In this document: one piece after another, positions 7,376-15,749 of the stretch | Numbering within the stretch: position 1 is the first letter of the stretch | Layout of the letters: every line of letters starts with the position of its first letter | Source: Pseudomonadota bacterium | GTDB lineage: Bacteria > Bdellovibrionota > FAC87 > UBA2466 | Assembly (NCBI GenBank): GCA_043767805.1 | Contig: JAYUGC010000108.1 | Coordinates: 1-28,859, forward strand | Reading direction: 5' to 3' | Length of the DNA stretch: 28,859 nucleotides | Notes under the pieces: model-generated | What the model was told of the DNA's origin: nothing | Seen by the model: only the letters and a program-made list of their open reading frames with translations | The model's database searches: none | Translations under genes and position numbers: made by a program

Positions 7376-8233
7376 ATGAAGAACCTTTTGGCGATTATTC
7401 TCCTCCTTTCCTCCTTCTCCGCTTTTGCGGAGAATCGGGGTGTGGCCGCGGTTTTGGGGCTTAAGGACTCGTCGGTCGCGGATGCGGTCGAAAGCGGAGC
7501 CGGGGAGGCCTGGAATAAGTTTGAGAAAGAGAACGATGCGACTCTCCGTAAGATGAATGAGGAGAAGTCGGTGTTTCTTCGCAATGCGCCCCACCGGGAG
7601 AGCGCGCCCGAAGCGCCGGCCAAAGTCGAAGTGGCGCGGGAACGGGGTGGCGTGCAAGCGCAGCTTCGCCGTACTGAAGTCGAGAAGGAAAGAAACCTCG
7701 CCCTTCAGCAGCTCGAGTTTCGCCGTAACGTCGAAGACGCCATGAAGCGCATTCTTTCTTTCAGCCCTTCGATTCGCCCCGGCGCGGAACGCGCCGAAGT
7801 GCCGCGGGCCGTGGACGCGATGCCTGAATCGCAGATTCAAGGTGTGGAGGTCGCTCCCGCGTCTCCGAGAGATCGTCTTTTACAATCCGCCGCGAATCGC
7901 CCGAGTCCTTTTCGCGGTGTAAGCCATCCGAGCGAAGAGTGGCAAGGAGCCCCGTCTCGTTCCGAAGAGAGCGTCTCCGATCCGCGGGATAGTTCGCCGG
8001 AACGGTTCCAAGCTTCTCCCGACGATGACGAAGGCAAGCCCGTCCGGGTGAGCGCCACGGGCGACAGCGACGGCGCGGATTTTCCCGTCATCAACATGCG
8101 CCAGGGCAGCCGCAAGGCGGCGCCGGCCATCACTAAAATTTCCGGCGTGGGCAAAGGGCCCGAAGGCACTTCGAGTTATTTGAAAGCCCTCCCGGGACTT
8201 CAGTCGAATCCGCAAAACCACAGCGGCTTCTAA
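7376..8233 (+). CDS. Exported protein C (unknown function; short coiled coil plus disordered tail)
   Basis: ATG 7376 gives a textbook signal peptide MKNLLAIILLLSSFSAFA|E; GGTGGGA upstream. Confidence 0.8.
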   Translation: MKNLLAIILLLSSFSAFAENRGVAAVLGLKDSSVADAVESGAGEAWNKFEKENDATLRKMNEEKSVFLRNAPHRESAPEAPAKVEVARERGGVQAQLRRTEVEKERNLALQQLEFRRNVEDAMKRILSFSPSIRPGAERAEVPRAVDAMPESQIQGVEVAPASPRDRLLQSAANRPSPFRGVSHPSEEWQGAPSRSEESVSDPRDSSPERFQASPDDDEGKPVRVSATGDSDGADFPVINMRQGSRKAAPAITKISGVGKGPEGTSSYLKALPGLQSNPQNHSGF

Positions 8234-9249
8234 TTCACGACAGGCAAGAGCGTCTCATAGACGTCGGCGTATTGATTGGCGAGAGAGAAAGGATCGAAAG
8301 TGCCTTTCGCGGCGAGCTCCGCGCGCGCAGCTTCCGTTCTCGCTTTGAGCGTCTCAATCGGCGGGGAATCCACCAAGAAACGATTTAGGTTCAGATTGGA
8401 ATCGGGAAGAAGCTCGCCGAGGGCCGCGTGCTTTTCGTCGAATACCGACGGCACTCGCCAGTAAACCGATTCCAGAAACAGCGTGCCCCAATCGAACGGG
8501 CTCGCGTCGAGATAAAAACAAATGCTCGCGCTCTCTAGCCATTTTAGCCACGCCGTCGGCGTGAAGCTCTCGCGAGAATCGAGCGCCAAGGACTTCACTC
8601 TCAAGTTCGGATAGCGGGAGCTCAAGATCCCTTCGAGCCGGCGGTTCACCCGCGTTCCCCAGAGAAGCAGCGCGAGCCCCTTTTCATTTGCCACCGCGGG
8701 ACCGGGACTGAAATGGACGTACCGGCGTACGGTAGGCTTCAACGTATTGATTTGGCTTGGAGGGACATGGAACCGGCTTTTCAAAAGGTCCGCGTCTTTC
8801 GCGCTCGGCACCACGTACTTGTGATTCACGCCGACCGGAATCGAGCCGGGCAGTCCCGACCGAGACCCGATGAGCGTATTGATGGTCTGCAATTCCAAGT
8901 TGGGGCGAAGGCTTCCCGGAGAGCGAAAGCGGTGAAACGCGCTAAGCTGAGCCTTCTTCGCGAACTGGGTTTCCCAAAGCCAGTAAAACGGAGAGCGTCC
9001 GATGCGACGGCGGGTATTAAAGCGCCGAAGCTGGCCAGAAAAAACCTGATTGGGATGGCTCACCAAAACCGTGCGCTGCTTTTCCACCCATTCGCCGGGT
9101 CCTTTGGCTTCCCCTTGAGAGGCCACGAGCTGGTCGATGAGCTCCTGCGCTAGCATGCCGCGGGCGGGAAAGTCGGCGGCCGCGCGGCCGTCGATACACA
9201 GGCGAGGGGTATGAGGCATGGCCCGTTCTAACATCAGCTTCGACGCCAT
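8230..9249 (-). CDS. Highly divergent GT4/GT-B-like protein
   Basis: Residual GT4 landmarks: N-terminal CIDGR, VVPSAKDADLL..RFHVP, ASICFY...DWGTLFLESVYWRVP. Alternative start ATG 9219. Confidence 0.55.
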   Translation of the reverse strand: MASKLMLERAMPHTPRLCIDGRAAADFPARGMLAQELIDQLVASQGEAKGPGEWVEKQRTVLVSHPNQVFSGQLRRFNTRRRIGRSPFYWLWETQFAKKAQLSAFHRFRSPGSLRPNLELQTINTLIGSRSGLPGSIPVGVNHKYVVPSAKDADLLKSRFHVPPSQINTLKPTVRRYVHFSPGPAVANEKGLALLLWGTRVNRRLEGILSSRYPNLRVKSLALDSRESFTPTAWLKWLESASICFYLDASPFDWGTLFLESVYWRVPSVFDEKHAALGELLPDSNLNLNRFLVDSPPIETLKARTEAARAELAAKGTFDPFSLANQYADVYETLLPVVN

Positions 9250-9263
9250 TTCAACCGCGCCCC

Positions 9264-9279
9264 TGGAACGGCCTTTGCT
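9264..9279 (+). promoter_or_regulatory. Putative sigma-54 promoter of the ComEC-type MBL gene
   Basis: TGGAACGGCCTTTGCT, one mismatch from TGGCACG-N4-TTGCW; predicted start site about 2 nt before ATG 9292. Confidence 0.65.
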
Positions 9280-9291
9280 AAATCGGGGACC

Positions 9292-10176
9292 ATGCTAAAA
9301 GCCGTTTTACTCGGGATTTCCCTCGCCCTCATCGCCTTCTTCGGCGCGCAAAGGGCGTGGCGAAGATGGCTCGATCCCAGCCTGAGAATCACCTTTTTCG
9401 ACGTGGGCCAAGGGGACTCGGCGCTACTCGAATGGCCGGGCGGGGAAACCTGGCTAATCGATGCGGGCGGCGGCCAGCCCGGGCGGGATCTCGGAGCGCG
9501 GGTCCTCTTTCCGGAGCTGACCCGTAAGGGAGTGCTCACGCTGGATGCCGGCATTTTAAGTCACCCCGATCAAGATCACGGGCTGGGGTTTGAAAGCTTG
9601 TTCTCGGACCTTTCGGTCGGAACGTTTCGTTTCAACCGCAAGTTCTTGGGCGAACCTGGTCTGATGCATCGGCTGAGATGGCTCGCTCTGACCAAAGGGA
9701 TTTCGCTGGATCCAGTCGAGTGGGAGCGCCGGGAAGGTTTCGCCGACTTTTTAGCTTTGGGCGAGGGCAGCGGAAAAAACGATCGCACGCTCGCCGTGAG
9801 CGTGTTCTTTGGAGGATGCCGCATCCTGTTCACCGGCGACATGGAAAAGGACGGCGAGGCCGAGCTCATTCGCCGCTGGCCGCGTTTACGCGCGGACTTG
9901 CTTAAAGTGCCGCATCACGGCAGTCACACTTCCTCGACGCCGGCTTTCCTCGAAGCGCTGCGGCCTAAGTGGGCGGTGATTTCGGTGGGGAAGAGCAATA
10001 CTTACGGCCACCCTCGGCCGCGAGTGCTTGAGCGCTACCGCGCGAGACACGTTTCCGTGCTTCGAACCGACTTTCACGGCTACGTGAGCTTTCGCATCCT
10101 TCCCACGGGAGAAATCTCCTGCGAGAGCGCGCTAGGCAATTGCGGAGAAGCTCGTTGTCAGGCGACCGCCAACTGA
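9292..10176 (+). CDS. Stand-alone ComEC/Rec2-type metallo-beta-lactamase-fold hydrolase with one N-terminal TM anchor
   Basis: [39 protein letters not shown] motifs; lacks the multi-TM Competence domain. Confidence 0.85.
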   Translation: MLKAVLLGISLALIAFFGAQRAWRRWLDPSLRITFFDVGQGDSALLEWPGGETWLIDAGGGQPGRDLGARVLFPELTRKGVLTLDAGILSHPDQDHGLGFESLFSDLSVGTFRFNRKFLGEPGLMHRLRWLALTKGISLDPVEWERREGFADFLALGEGSGKNDRTLAVSVFFGGCRILFTGDMEKDGEAELIRRWPRLRADLLKVPHHGSHTSSTPAFLEALRPKWAVISVGKSNTYGHPRPRVLERYRARHVSVLRTDFHGYVSFRILPTGEISCESALGNCGEARCQATAN

Positions 10177-12146
10177 CGGCGCCGCAGCCCTTGGATGGTA
10201 TCTCTGAGCTCGGCGGCTTTTTCGAAATCGAGATCCTTTGCCGCTTTCTTCATGAGCGTTTCGAGCCTCGAGATCTCCTTCGGCAAGAGTTTCGTGCTGA
10301 TCTCGGGCTTCGTCTTGTCCGCCTTCACGTCGAAGTAGTCCATCGCCTCTGGCGCGTACATCGACTCTTGAATGTTCTTCACCACGCTCGTGGGCGTAAT
10401 GCCATGAGCCGTGTTGTAGTCCTCCTGGATCTTACGGCGGCGGATGGTCTCGCTGATGGCAAAAGCCATCGATGGTGTTTCCTTGTCGGCGTAGAGAAGG
10501 ACGGTGCCTTCCAAGTTTCTCGCCGCTCGGCCGATGGTTTGGATGAGAGACGTTTGGCTTCTCAAGAAACCTTCCTTATCGGCGTCCAAAATGCCGACGA
10601 GCGAGCACTCTGGAATGTCCAGGCCTTCTCGGAGCAGGTTGATGCCGACGAGCACGTCGAACTCGCCCAGCCGAAGCTGGCGCAGGATTTCCACGCGCTC
10701 GATGGTATCGATATCGGAGTGTAGGTATTGCACTTTCAGCCCGAGCTTTTGGTAATACTCGGTCAAATCTTCCGCCATGCGTTTCGTGAGAGTCGTCACC
10801 AGCGTGCGCTGGCCTTTTTCGACGCGTTTTCGGATCTCGCCGTACAAATCGTCGACGGCTCCGCGCGCGGACTTCACGATGATGGTCGGATCGGTCAGGC
10901 CCGTGGGACGGATGATCTGCTCGATCACTTTGCCACGCACCTTTGCCATCTCGTACTTTCCGGGAGTCGCCGAGACGTAAACGACCTGGTTCATGAGCGT
11001 CTCGAACTCCGAAAAATTCAGCGGCCGGTTGTCCAGAGCCGAAGGCAGCCGGAAGCCGTGCTCCACCAAAGTCATTTTGCGCGAGCGATCGCCGCGGTAC
11101 ATGCCGCCCACTTGAGGGACGGTGACGTGGCTCTCGTCGATGAACATCAAAAAGTCGGGCGGGAAGTACTCGATTAAAGTCGGCGGCGGCGCCCCTGGGC
11201 CACGGCCGGTGAGATGGCGGCTATAGTTCTCGATGCCGTTGCAGTAGCCCATCTCTTCGAGCATCTCGATGTCGTAGTAGGTGCGACTCTCCAAGCGCTG
11301 CGCCTCGACCAGCTTATTGAGCTGTTTCATCTCATTGAGGCGCACGCCGAGCTCGTTTTGAATGGACTTGATCGCGCGCTTCAGCTGATCCTTTTCGGTG
11401 ACGTAGTGACTTCCGGGAAAGATCTGCAGATTGATGACGTCTTCCACCACGGTTCCCGTGAGGGGATCGATTTTCGAAATCTTTTCGACTTCGTCGCCCC
11501 AGAACTGAATGCGGTAGGCGTGGGTTTCTTCGTAAGCGGGAAAAATCTCGATGACGTCGCCTCGCACGCGGAAAGTGCCGCGATGAAAATCCACGTCGTT
11601 GCGCTCGTACTGGATTTCCACGAGATGCATCAAAAGATTGTCGCGCCGGTACTCTTGGCCGGGAGCCAGCTCGATGAGCATTTCGCGGTAGAGCTCGGGA
11701 GATCCGAGACCGTAAATGCAAGACACGCTCGCGACAATGATGACGTCTCGCCGGGAGAGCAGGCTCCGCGTGGCGGAATGCCTCAGCTGATCGATCTGGT
11801 CGTTAATGGCGGAATCCTTCTCGATGAAGGTATCGCTCGACGGGATATAAGCTTCGGGCTGGTAGTAGTCGTAGTAGCTGACGAAATACTCCACCGCGTT
11901 GTGAGGGAAGAGACTCTTGAACTCGGCATAGAGCTGCGCGGCCAAGGTCTTATTCGGCGCGAGAATCAACGACGGCTTTTGAAGGCGCTGGATGGTGTGA
12001 GCCACCGTGAAGGTCTTTCCGCTTCCGGTGACGCCAAGCAGAACCTGTTCCTTCTCCCCAGCCTGCAAGCCAGCCGTGAGCTTATCGATGGCTTGGGGCT
12101 GGTCTCCTCTGGGCTCGAACTCGCTGACGAGTTGGAATTGCGGCAT
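10158..12146 (-). CDS. uvrB: Excinuclease ABC subunit B
   Basis: [40 protein letters not shown]-terminal UVR motif; start set at MPQF (ATG 12146). Confidence 0.97.
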   Translation of the reverse strand: MPQFQLVSEFEPRGDQPQAIDKLTAGLQAGEKEQVLLGVTGSGKTFTVAHTIQRLQKPSLILAPNKTLAAQLYAEFKSLFPHNAVEYFVSYYDYYQPEAYIPSSDTFIEKDSAINDQIDQLRHSATRSLLSRRDVIIVASVSCIYGLGSPELYREMLIELAPGQEYRRDNLLMHLVEIQYERNDVDFHRGTFRVRGDVIEIFPAYEETHAYRIQFWGDEVEKISKIDPLTGTVVEDVINLQIFPGSHYVTEKDQLKRAIKSIQNELGVRLNEMKQLNKLVEAQRLESRTYYDIEMLEEMGYCNGIENYSRHLTGRGPGAPPPTLIEYFPPDFLMFIDESHVTVPQVGGMYRGDRSRKMTLVEHGFRLPSALDNRPLNFSEFETLMNQVVYVSATPGKYEMAKVRGKVIEQIIRPTGLTDPTIIVKSARGAVDDLYGEIRKRVEKGQRTLVTTLTKRMAEDLTEYYQKLGLKVQYLHSDIDTIERVEILRQLRLGEFDVLVGINLLREGLDIPECSLVGILDADKEGFLRSQTSLIQTIGRAARNLEGTVLLYADKETPSMAFAISETIRRRKIQEDYNTAHGITPTSVVKNIQESMYAPEAMDYFDVKADKTKPEISTKLLPKEISRLETLMKKAAKDLDFEKAAELRDTIQGLRRRQLAVA

Positions 12147-12167
12147 GGACCGAGTATACCCGCCCCC

Positions 12168-13133
12168 ATGGACCTGACAAATTTGTCCCTCGCTCCCTTG
12201 AACGGGCTGACCGTTGCGGTTCTTGGTTATGGGAATCAGGGGCGCGCTCATGCTCTCAATCTCCGGGATTCGCGGGTCAAAGTGGTCATCGGAGCGCGGG
12301 AAGGCAAGGGAGCTCAAGCGGCTAAAAAGGACGGGTTTTCGCCCCTGTCTCCTTTAGAGGCCGTGCGCGCGGCCGAAGTCGTAGTGTTTCTCTTTCCGGA
12401 CCAGATTATTCCCTCGGTCTATGGGGAGGTGACCGCGGAGCTCAAAGCCGGGAGAAAGACGGTGGGCTTCGCCCACGGTTTTGCCCTGCATTTTGGTTAT
12501 CTGCCGATCCTTCCGGAATGCCGCTACTTTCTGGTGGGGCCGAAAGGGGCAGGGGCCGTTTTGCGGGACCGGTTCGAGAAAGGCGAAAGCCTGCCCGGCG
12601 TATTCGCTTTGGGCCCGAACGCCGATGCCTCGACGCGCGCTCTCGCCACGGCTTACGCGAAGGGAATTGGCGTCGCCGGCTCCTATCTGCTCGAGACTAC
12701 GTTTGCGGAGGAGACCGAGTGCGATCTTTTCGGCGAGCAGGTGGTACTTTGCGGCGGTCTCATGGAGCTCATGCGCCAGGCCTCCGATACTTTAATCCGG
12801 CACGGGCACAACCCGGAGATGGCGTTCTTCGAGACTTGTTACGAGGTAAAGACCATCATCGATCTTTGGCTGAAGCATGGGCCGAAAGGCATGGGGGAGG
12901 CGATCTCTCCCACGGCTTATTTCGGCGGCAAGACCCGAGGTGCCCGTCTCGTCGACGAGCGTGTGACGGCCGAGCTCGACGTCATCTTCCAGGAAATCCG
13001 CAGCGGGGCCTTTGCCCGCGAGTGGATGGAGGAAGTCGCGAAAGGGGCGCCCCGCCTCGCCCAGTGGCACTCGGAGGACGCGAAAAGCGCCTTGGAAAAA
13101 GTGCACGCCAAGGTAAAACCCCATCTCACCTGA
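12168..13133 (+). CDS. ilvC: Ketol-acid reductoisomerase (class I)
   Basis: [41 protein letters not shown]; start ATG 12168 (the longer track ORF is antisense to uvrB). Confidence 0.92.
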   Translation: MDLTNLSLAPLNGLTVAVLGYGNQGRAHALNLRDSRVKVVIGAREGKGAQAAKKDGFSPLSPLEAVRAAEVVVFLFPDQIIPSVYGEVTAELKAGRKTVGFAHGFALHFGYLPILPECRYFLVGPKGAGAVLRDRFEKGESLPGVFALGPNADASTRALATAYAKGIGVAGSYLLETTFAEETECDLFGEQVVLCGGLMELMRQASDTLIRHGHNPEMAFFETCYEVKTIIDLWLKHGPKGMGEAISPTAYFGGKTRGARLVDERVTAELDVIFQEIRSGAFAREWMEEVAKGAPRLAQWHSEDAKSALEKVHAKVKPHLT

Positions 13134-13216
13134 GCGAATCCGAACGAATTCGTTCGATTCATGTCAGTATTTCCCCGCCCCGGCCTTTGCTATCAAGGAC
13201 TCCATAAGGAGTTCAC

Positions 13217-13609
13217 ATGAAATCTATCTCTAAGTTAATCGTAGTTTCCCTCTTCACTTTGCTCGGCACCGCGCACGGCGCCCAGACCACGCTCCGCTGC
13301 CAGAGCGCGCAAAAAGCGCTGAACGCGGTTCGTTCGGTGACCATTCAGCAACAAACCGGAGATTTGTTCGGCCGCGTCGGTACGGGCGTCGCCGCCGTCC
13401 AGGTCGTGGTAAACGGCACGCTTCGGCTCCACCGCATCCCGGTGAGCAGTTATTACTCCAAAGGATTTTTCATCAACATTTTCCCGAGCGGGAATGCCGC
13501 TCGCACGGCGTTCTATCTCCACGGCAACGACCGCAGTCCGGACCTCATCACCGGCGAGATCGGCTACGGTTCTCTGCACTTTCCCGTCAATTGCCGCTTC
13601 CTAAATTAG
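13217..13609 (+). CDS. Small exported beta-rich protein with one Cys near each end of the mature chain
   Basis: AGGAG SD, signal peptide ending AHG/AHGA, LRC near the N-terminus and VNC near the C-terminus. Confidence 0.8.
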   Translation: MKSISKLIVVSLFTLLGTAHGAQTTLRCQSAQKALNAVRSVTIQQQTGDLFGRVGTGVAAVQVVVNGTLRLHRIPVSSYYSKGFFINIFPSGNAARTAFYLHGNDRSPDLITGEIGYGSLHFPVNCRFLN

Positions 13610-13628
13610 CGCCTAAGAGGTCACGGGA

Positions 13629-13740
13629 CACGGGTCCCGGGTCCGATGAAGTCTATTAGATCTAGTCCTCCCGCACGCGTCGTTAACGGCGGGTCCGAGA
13701 GGTGTGGATCAAGAAGTCTTCCTCGTACCCGGAACCCGTG
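13629..13740. repeat. Long imperfect inverted repeat (26-bp arms) built from heptamer-like units
   Basis: 13629-13654 and 13715-13740 are complementary at 22/26 positions, with further inner pairing. Confidence 0.7.
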
Positions 13741-13830
13741 ACTTCCCCGGTCGAAGCGCGAAACGAAGAGGTTGAGGCGCGGGCCAGCTTTAGGTTGGCG
13801 TGCTTCCTCAACCCAGCTAAATTCCCACGG

Positions 13831-15267
13831 ATGTCTGAGAAGCACATTGCTTGGTTTTGGGTCGCTATCGCCTTTTTGGTGGCCTCGACCCGTGCTTTTG
13901 AGAACGGCCTTTCTCTCGACCCCGCTCTTTTTTCGGCGATTGCGAGAAACTTCAGCCGCGACGGCATCTGGTGGAGCCAAAAAGCGAGCGAAACACTTTT
14001 TCCTCAGTACTACGAGCATCCCTTTCTTCCGCTTTGGCTGCAGGGAATTCTCTTCAGGGTTTTTGGCGCGAACGACACGACCTCTCGGTACTTGGGTCTC
14101 ATCGCCGGCCCAGGCTCTTTCTACTTTCTCTATAAGATCGGAGAGCGGATCTGCGATAAGCGCTTTGCCTCCCTGCTTTGTTTTCTATGTTTGCTCTCGG
14201 CGCATTTCATCGGCCGCATGGGGACTTTCTATACCGAGATCTCGCTCACCTTCTTCATGCTGGGCGCGCTTCACTTCTTCCTGCGATCCTTGGATGAGAA
14301 GCCGCTTCGGTGGGGAGCTTGGTCCGGAGTGTGTCTGGGTCTCGCCGTCTGGTGCAAGGGGCTTGCCGTGGCTCCCCTGGTCGCGACCTTCGTCGTTCTC
14401 GCCGTTTATCGTCAGCGTCTAGGAGTCTTTCGCTCGCCGGCCTTGTGGCTTTCTCTCGGCATCGGCGCTTTGTTCACCGGTGGGTTCTGCGGTTTGCAAA
14501 ATGCGTTCGGCTCCTATCCCTATTGCTCTCGCTATCTGGAAGGCGCTCTTTTAAAAAAGGTAATGGGCCCGGGAGCCGCGGTGGGCGCTCCCCGGTTTTG
14601 GATCGTATTTTTCTCGACGCATTCGCTGCATTGTTTTCTCGCCTTCGCCGGCATCGTGGCGGGCTTTCGCCGCAAGGTGCCCGCTTGGCCCATGGTAGTG
14701 GGAGTCGTGGCGTCGGCACTTTTTTTGGCCGCCGGCTCCACCTTGGGAAAAACCCATTACCATTATTACTACCCGATCTATCCGATGGTGAACTTGCTCT
14801 CCGCTTGTTTTCTCTATTCCGTCGCCGTGAAAGAAGGGTGGGCCTGTCAGTGGCATAAAGGGGCGGCCGGGTTTGCCTTGAGCTACATGGTGCTCTGGCA
14901 ACTTTTGCCGTTTCACATGCGACGGCCTATTCAGTCCGACTGGCCGCAGCTCGCCGGGGTGGTGAAAGCGTTGAAGGCGAAAAAGGTCGACCATATCGAA
15001 GCGGTCGGGATTGCCTACATCGATTGGATCTACCGGGAGATGGCGCTCTGGTATTGGGACGTCGACACGATCACGGAGCAGGACATCGACCAGGTGAACG
15101 GACCGCTCGTCATCGCACCGATTTCTTTGAGCGGCGCGGAAGCGAAGCTTCTGGGGCGCGGCTATCTCAAGTGCGCCTCCTCTCCTCAATACGATCTCTT
15201 CGTGAGGGAGGCCGAGCTTGCCGAAATCTGCCGGCGAGCGCCTCTCGATCCGGCCCTCGTTCGTTAG
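13831..15267 (+). CDS. GT-C membrane glycosyltransferase (ArnT/PMT-like, GT83/GT39)
   Basis: Many TM helices, DPALFSAIARN and YYEHPFL loop motifs, KG motif; start ATG 13831 behind TTGGCG-17-TAAATT. Confidence 0.8.
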   Translation: MSEKHIAWFWVAIAFLVASTRAFENGLSLDPALFSAIARNFSRDGIWWSQKASETLFPQYYEHPFLPLWLQGILFRVFGANDTTSRYLGLIAGPGSFYFLYKIGERICDKRFASLLCFLCLLSAHFIGRMGTFYTEISLTFFMLGALHFFLRSLDEKPLRWGAWSGVCLGLAVWCKGLAVAPLVATFVVLAVYRQRLGVFRSPALWLSLGIGALFTGGFCGLQNAFGSYPYCSRYLEGALLKKVMGPGAAVGAPRFWIVFFSTHSLHCFLAFAGIVAGFRRKVPAWPMVVGVVASALFLAAGSTLGKTHYHYYYPIYPMVNLLSACFLYSVAVKEGWACQWHKGAAGFALSYMVLWQLLPFHMRRPIQSDWPQLAGVVKALKAKKVDHIEAVGIAYIDWIYREMALWYWDVDTITEQDIDQVNGPLVIAPISLSGAEAKLLGRGYLKCASSPQYDLFVREAELAEICRRAPLDPALVR

Positions 15268-15635
15268 TCTTTGTCTTCCGGAAGGTTTTTGGCGCGCCAG
15301 TCGCGGATGCCGCCGTCCATGGAGAGGACGTTCGTGTAACCCATCTGCTGAAGCGCGTCCGCGGCCAAGGCCGAGCGGAAGCCGCCGCCACAGTACAAAA
15401 TAATTTCGGCGGCTTTATCCGGAATGATCGACTCGATGTCGCGCTCGATGACGCCTTTGCCGATGTGAAGGGATCCCTTCGCACGCCCTTGCTTCCACTC
15501 ATCGTCCTCGCGGGTATCGACGAAGTGAAACTTATCGCCTTTGGAGAGACGTTTCCAAACCTCGTCGACGTTGGTCTCGCGCACGCGGGCTTTGGCCGTC
15601 TCCACCATTTTCATGAAACCGGGAGAATGAGACAT
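15264..15635 (-). CDS. Single-domain rhodanese / sulfurtransferase
   Basis: DTREDDEW, LYCGGGFRSALAA, MDGG; GGAGGA SD before ATG 15635. Confidence 0.9.
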   Translation of the reverse strand: MSHSPGFMKMVETAKARVRETNVDEVWKRLSKGDKFHFVDTREDDEWKQGRAKGSLHIGKGVIERDIESIIPDKAAEIILYCGGGFRSALAADALQQMGYTNVLSMDGGIRDWRAKNLPEDKD

Positions 15636-15749
15636 TTTACTTCCTCCAAAATTGGAGAAAGTTAAGCACGTGCCGCGGAGCGAAGCAACCACGCGCATTG
15701 ACCCCTCAACTCCCTAAGGGTAAGTCGGATCAGGGGGATCGAACTCATC

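Noticed and set aside
3301..8233. Integrated microvirus prophage
   Set aside because: Only the pilot-like architecture is present; no major capsid or HUH replication protein, and the proteins have Sec signals and individual promoters.
11214..12167. 318-aa N-terminal extension of ilvC in the ORF track, and the 57-aa extension of uvrB to 12317
   Set aside because: Each is the antisense shadow of the other gene; family similarity starts at 12168 (ilvC) and 12146 (uvrB).
13141..13156. LexA (GAAC-N4-GTTC) box
   Set aside because: The spacer is 6 nt rather than 4, and it is not upstream of uvrB.
13175..13196. Sigma-54 promoter for the 13217 gene
   Set aside because: TTTGCT is present but the -24 position reads GC rather than GG; an extended -10 (TGcTATCAA) is as plausible.
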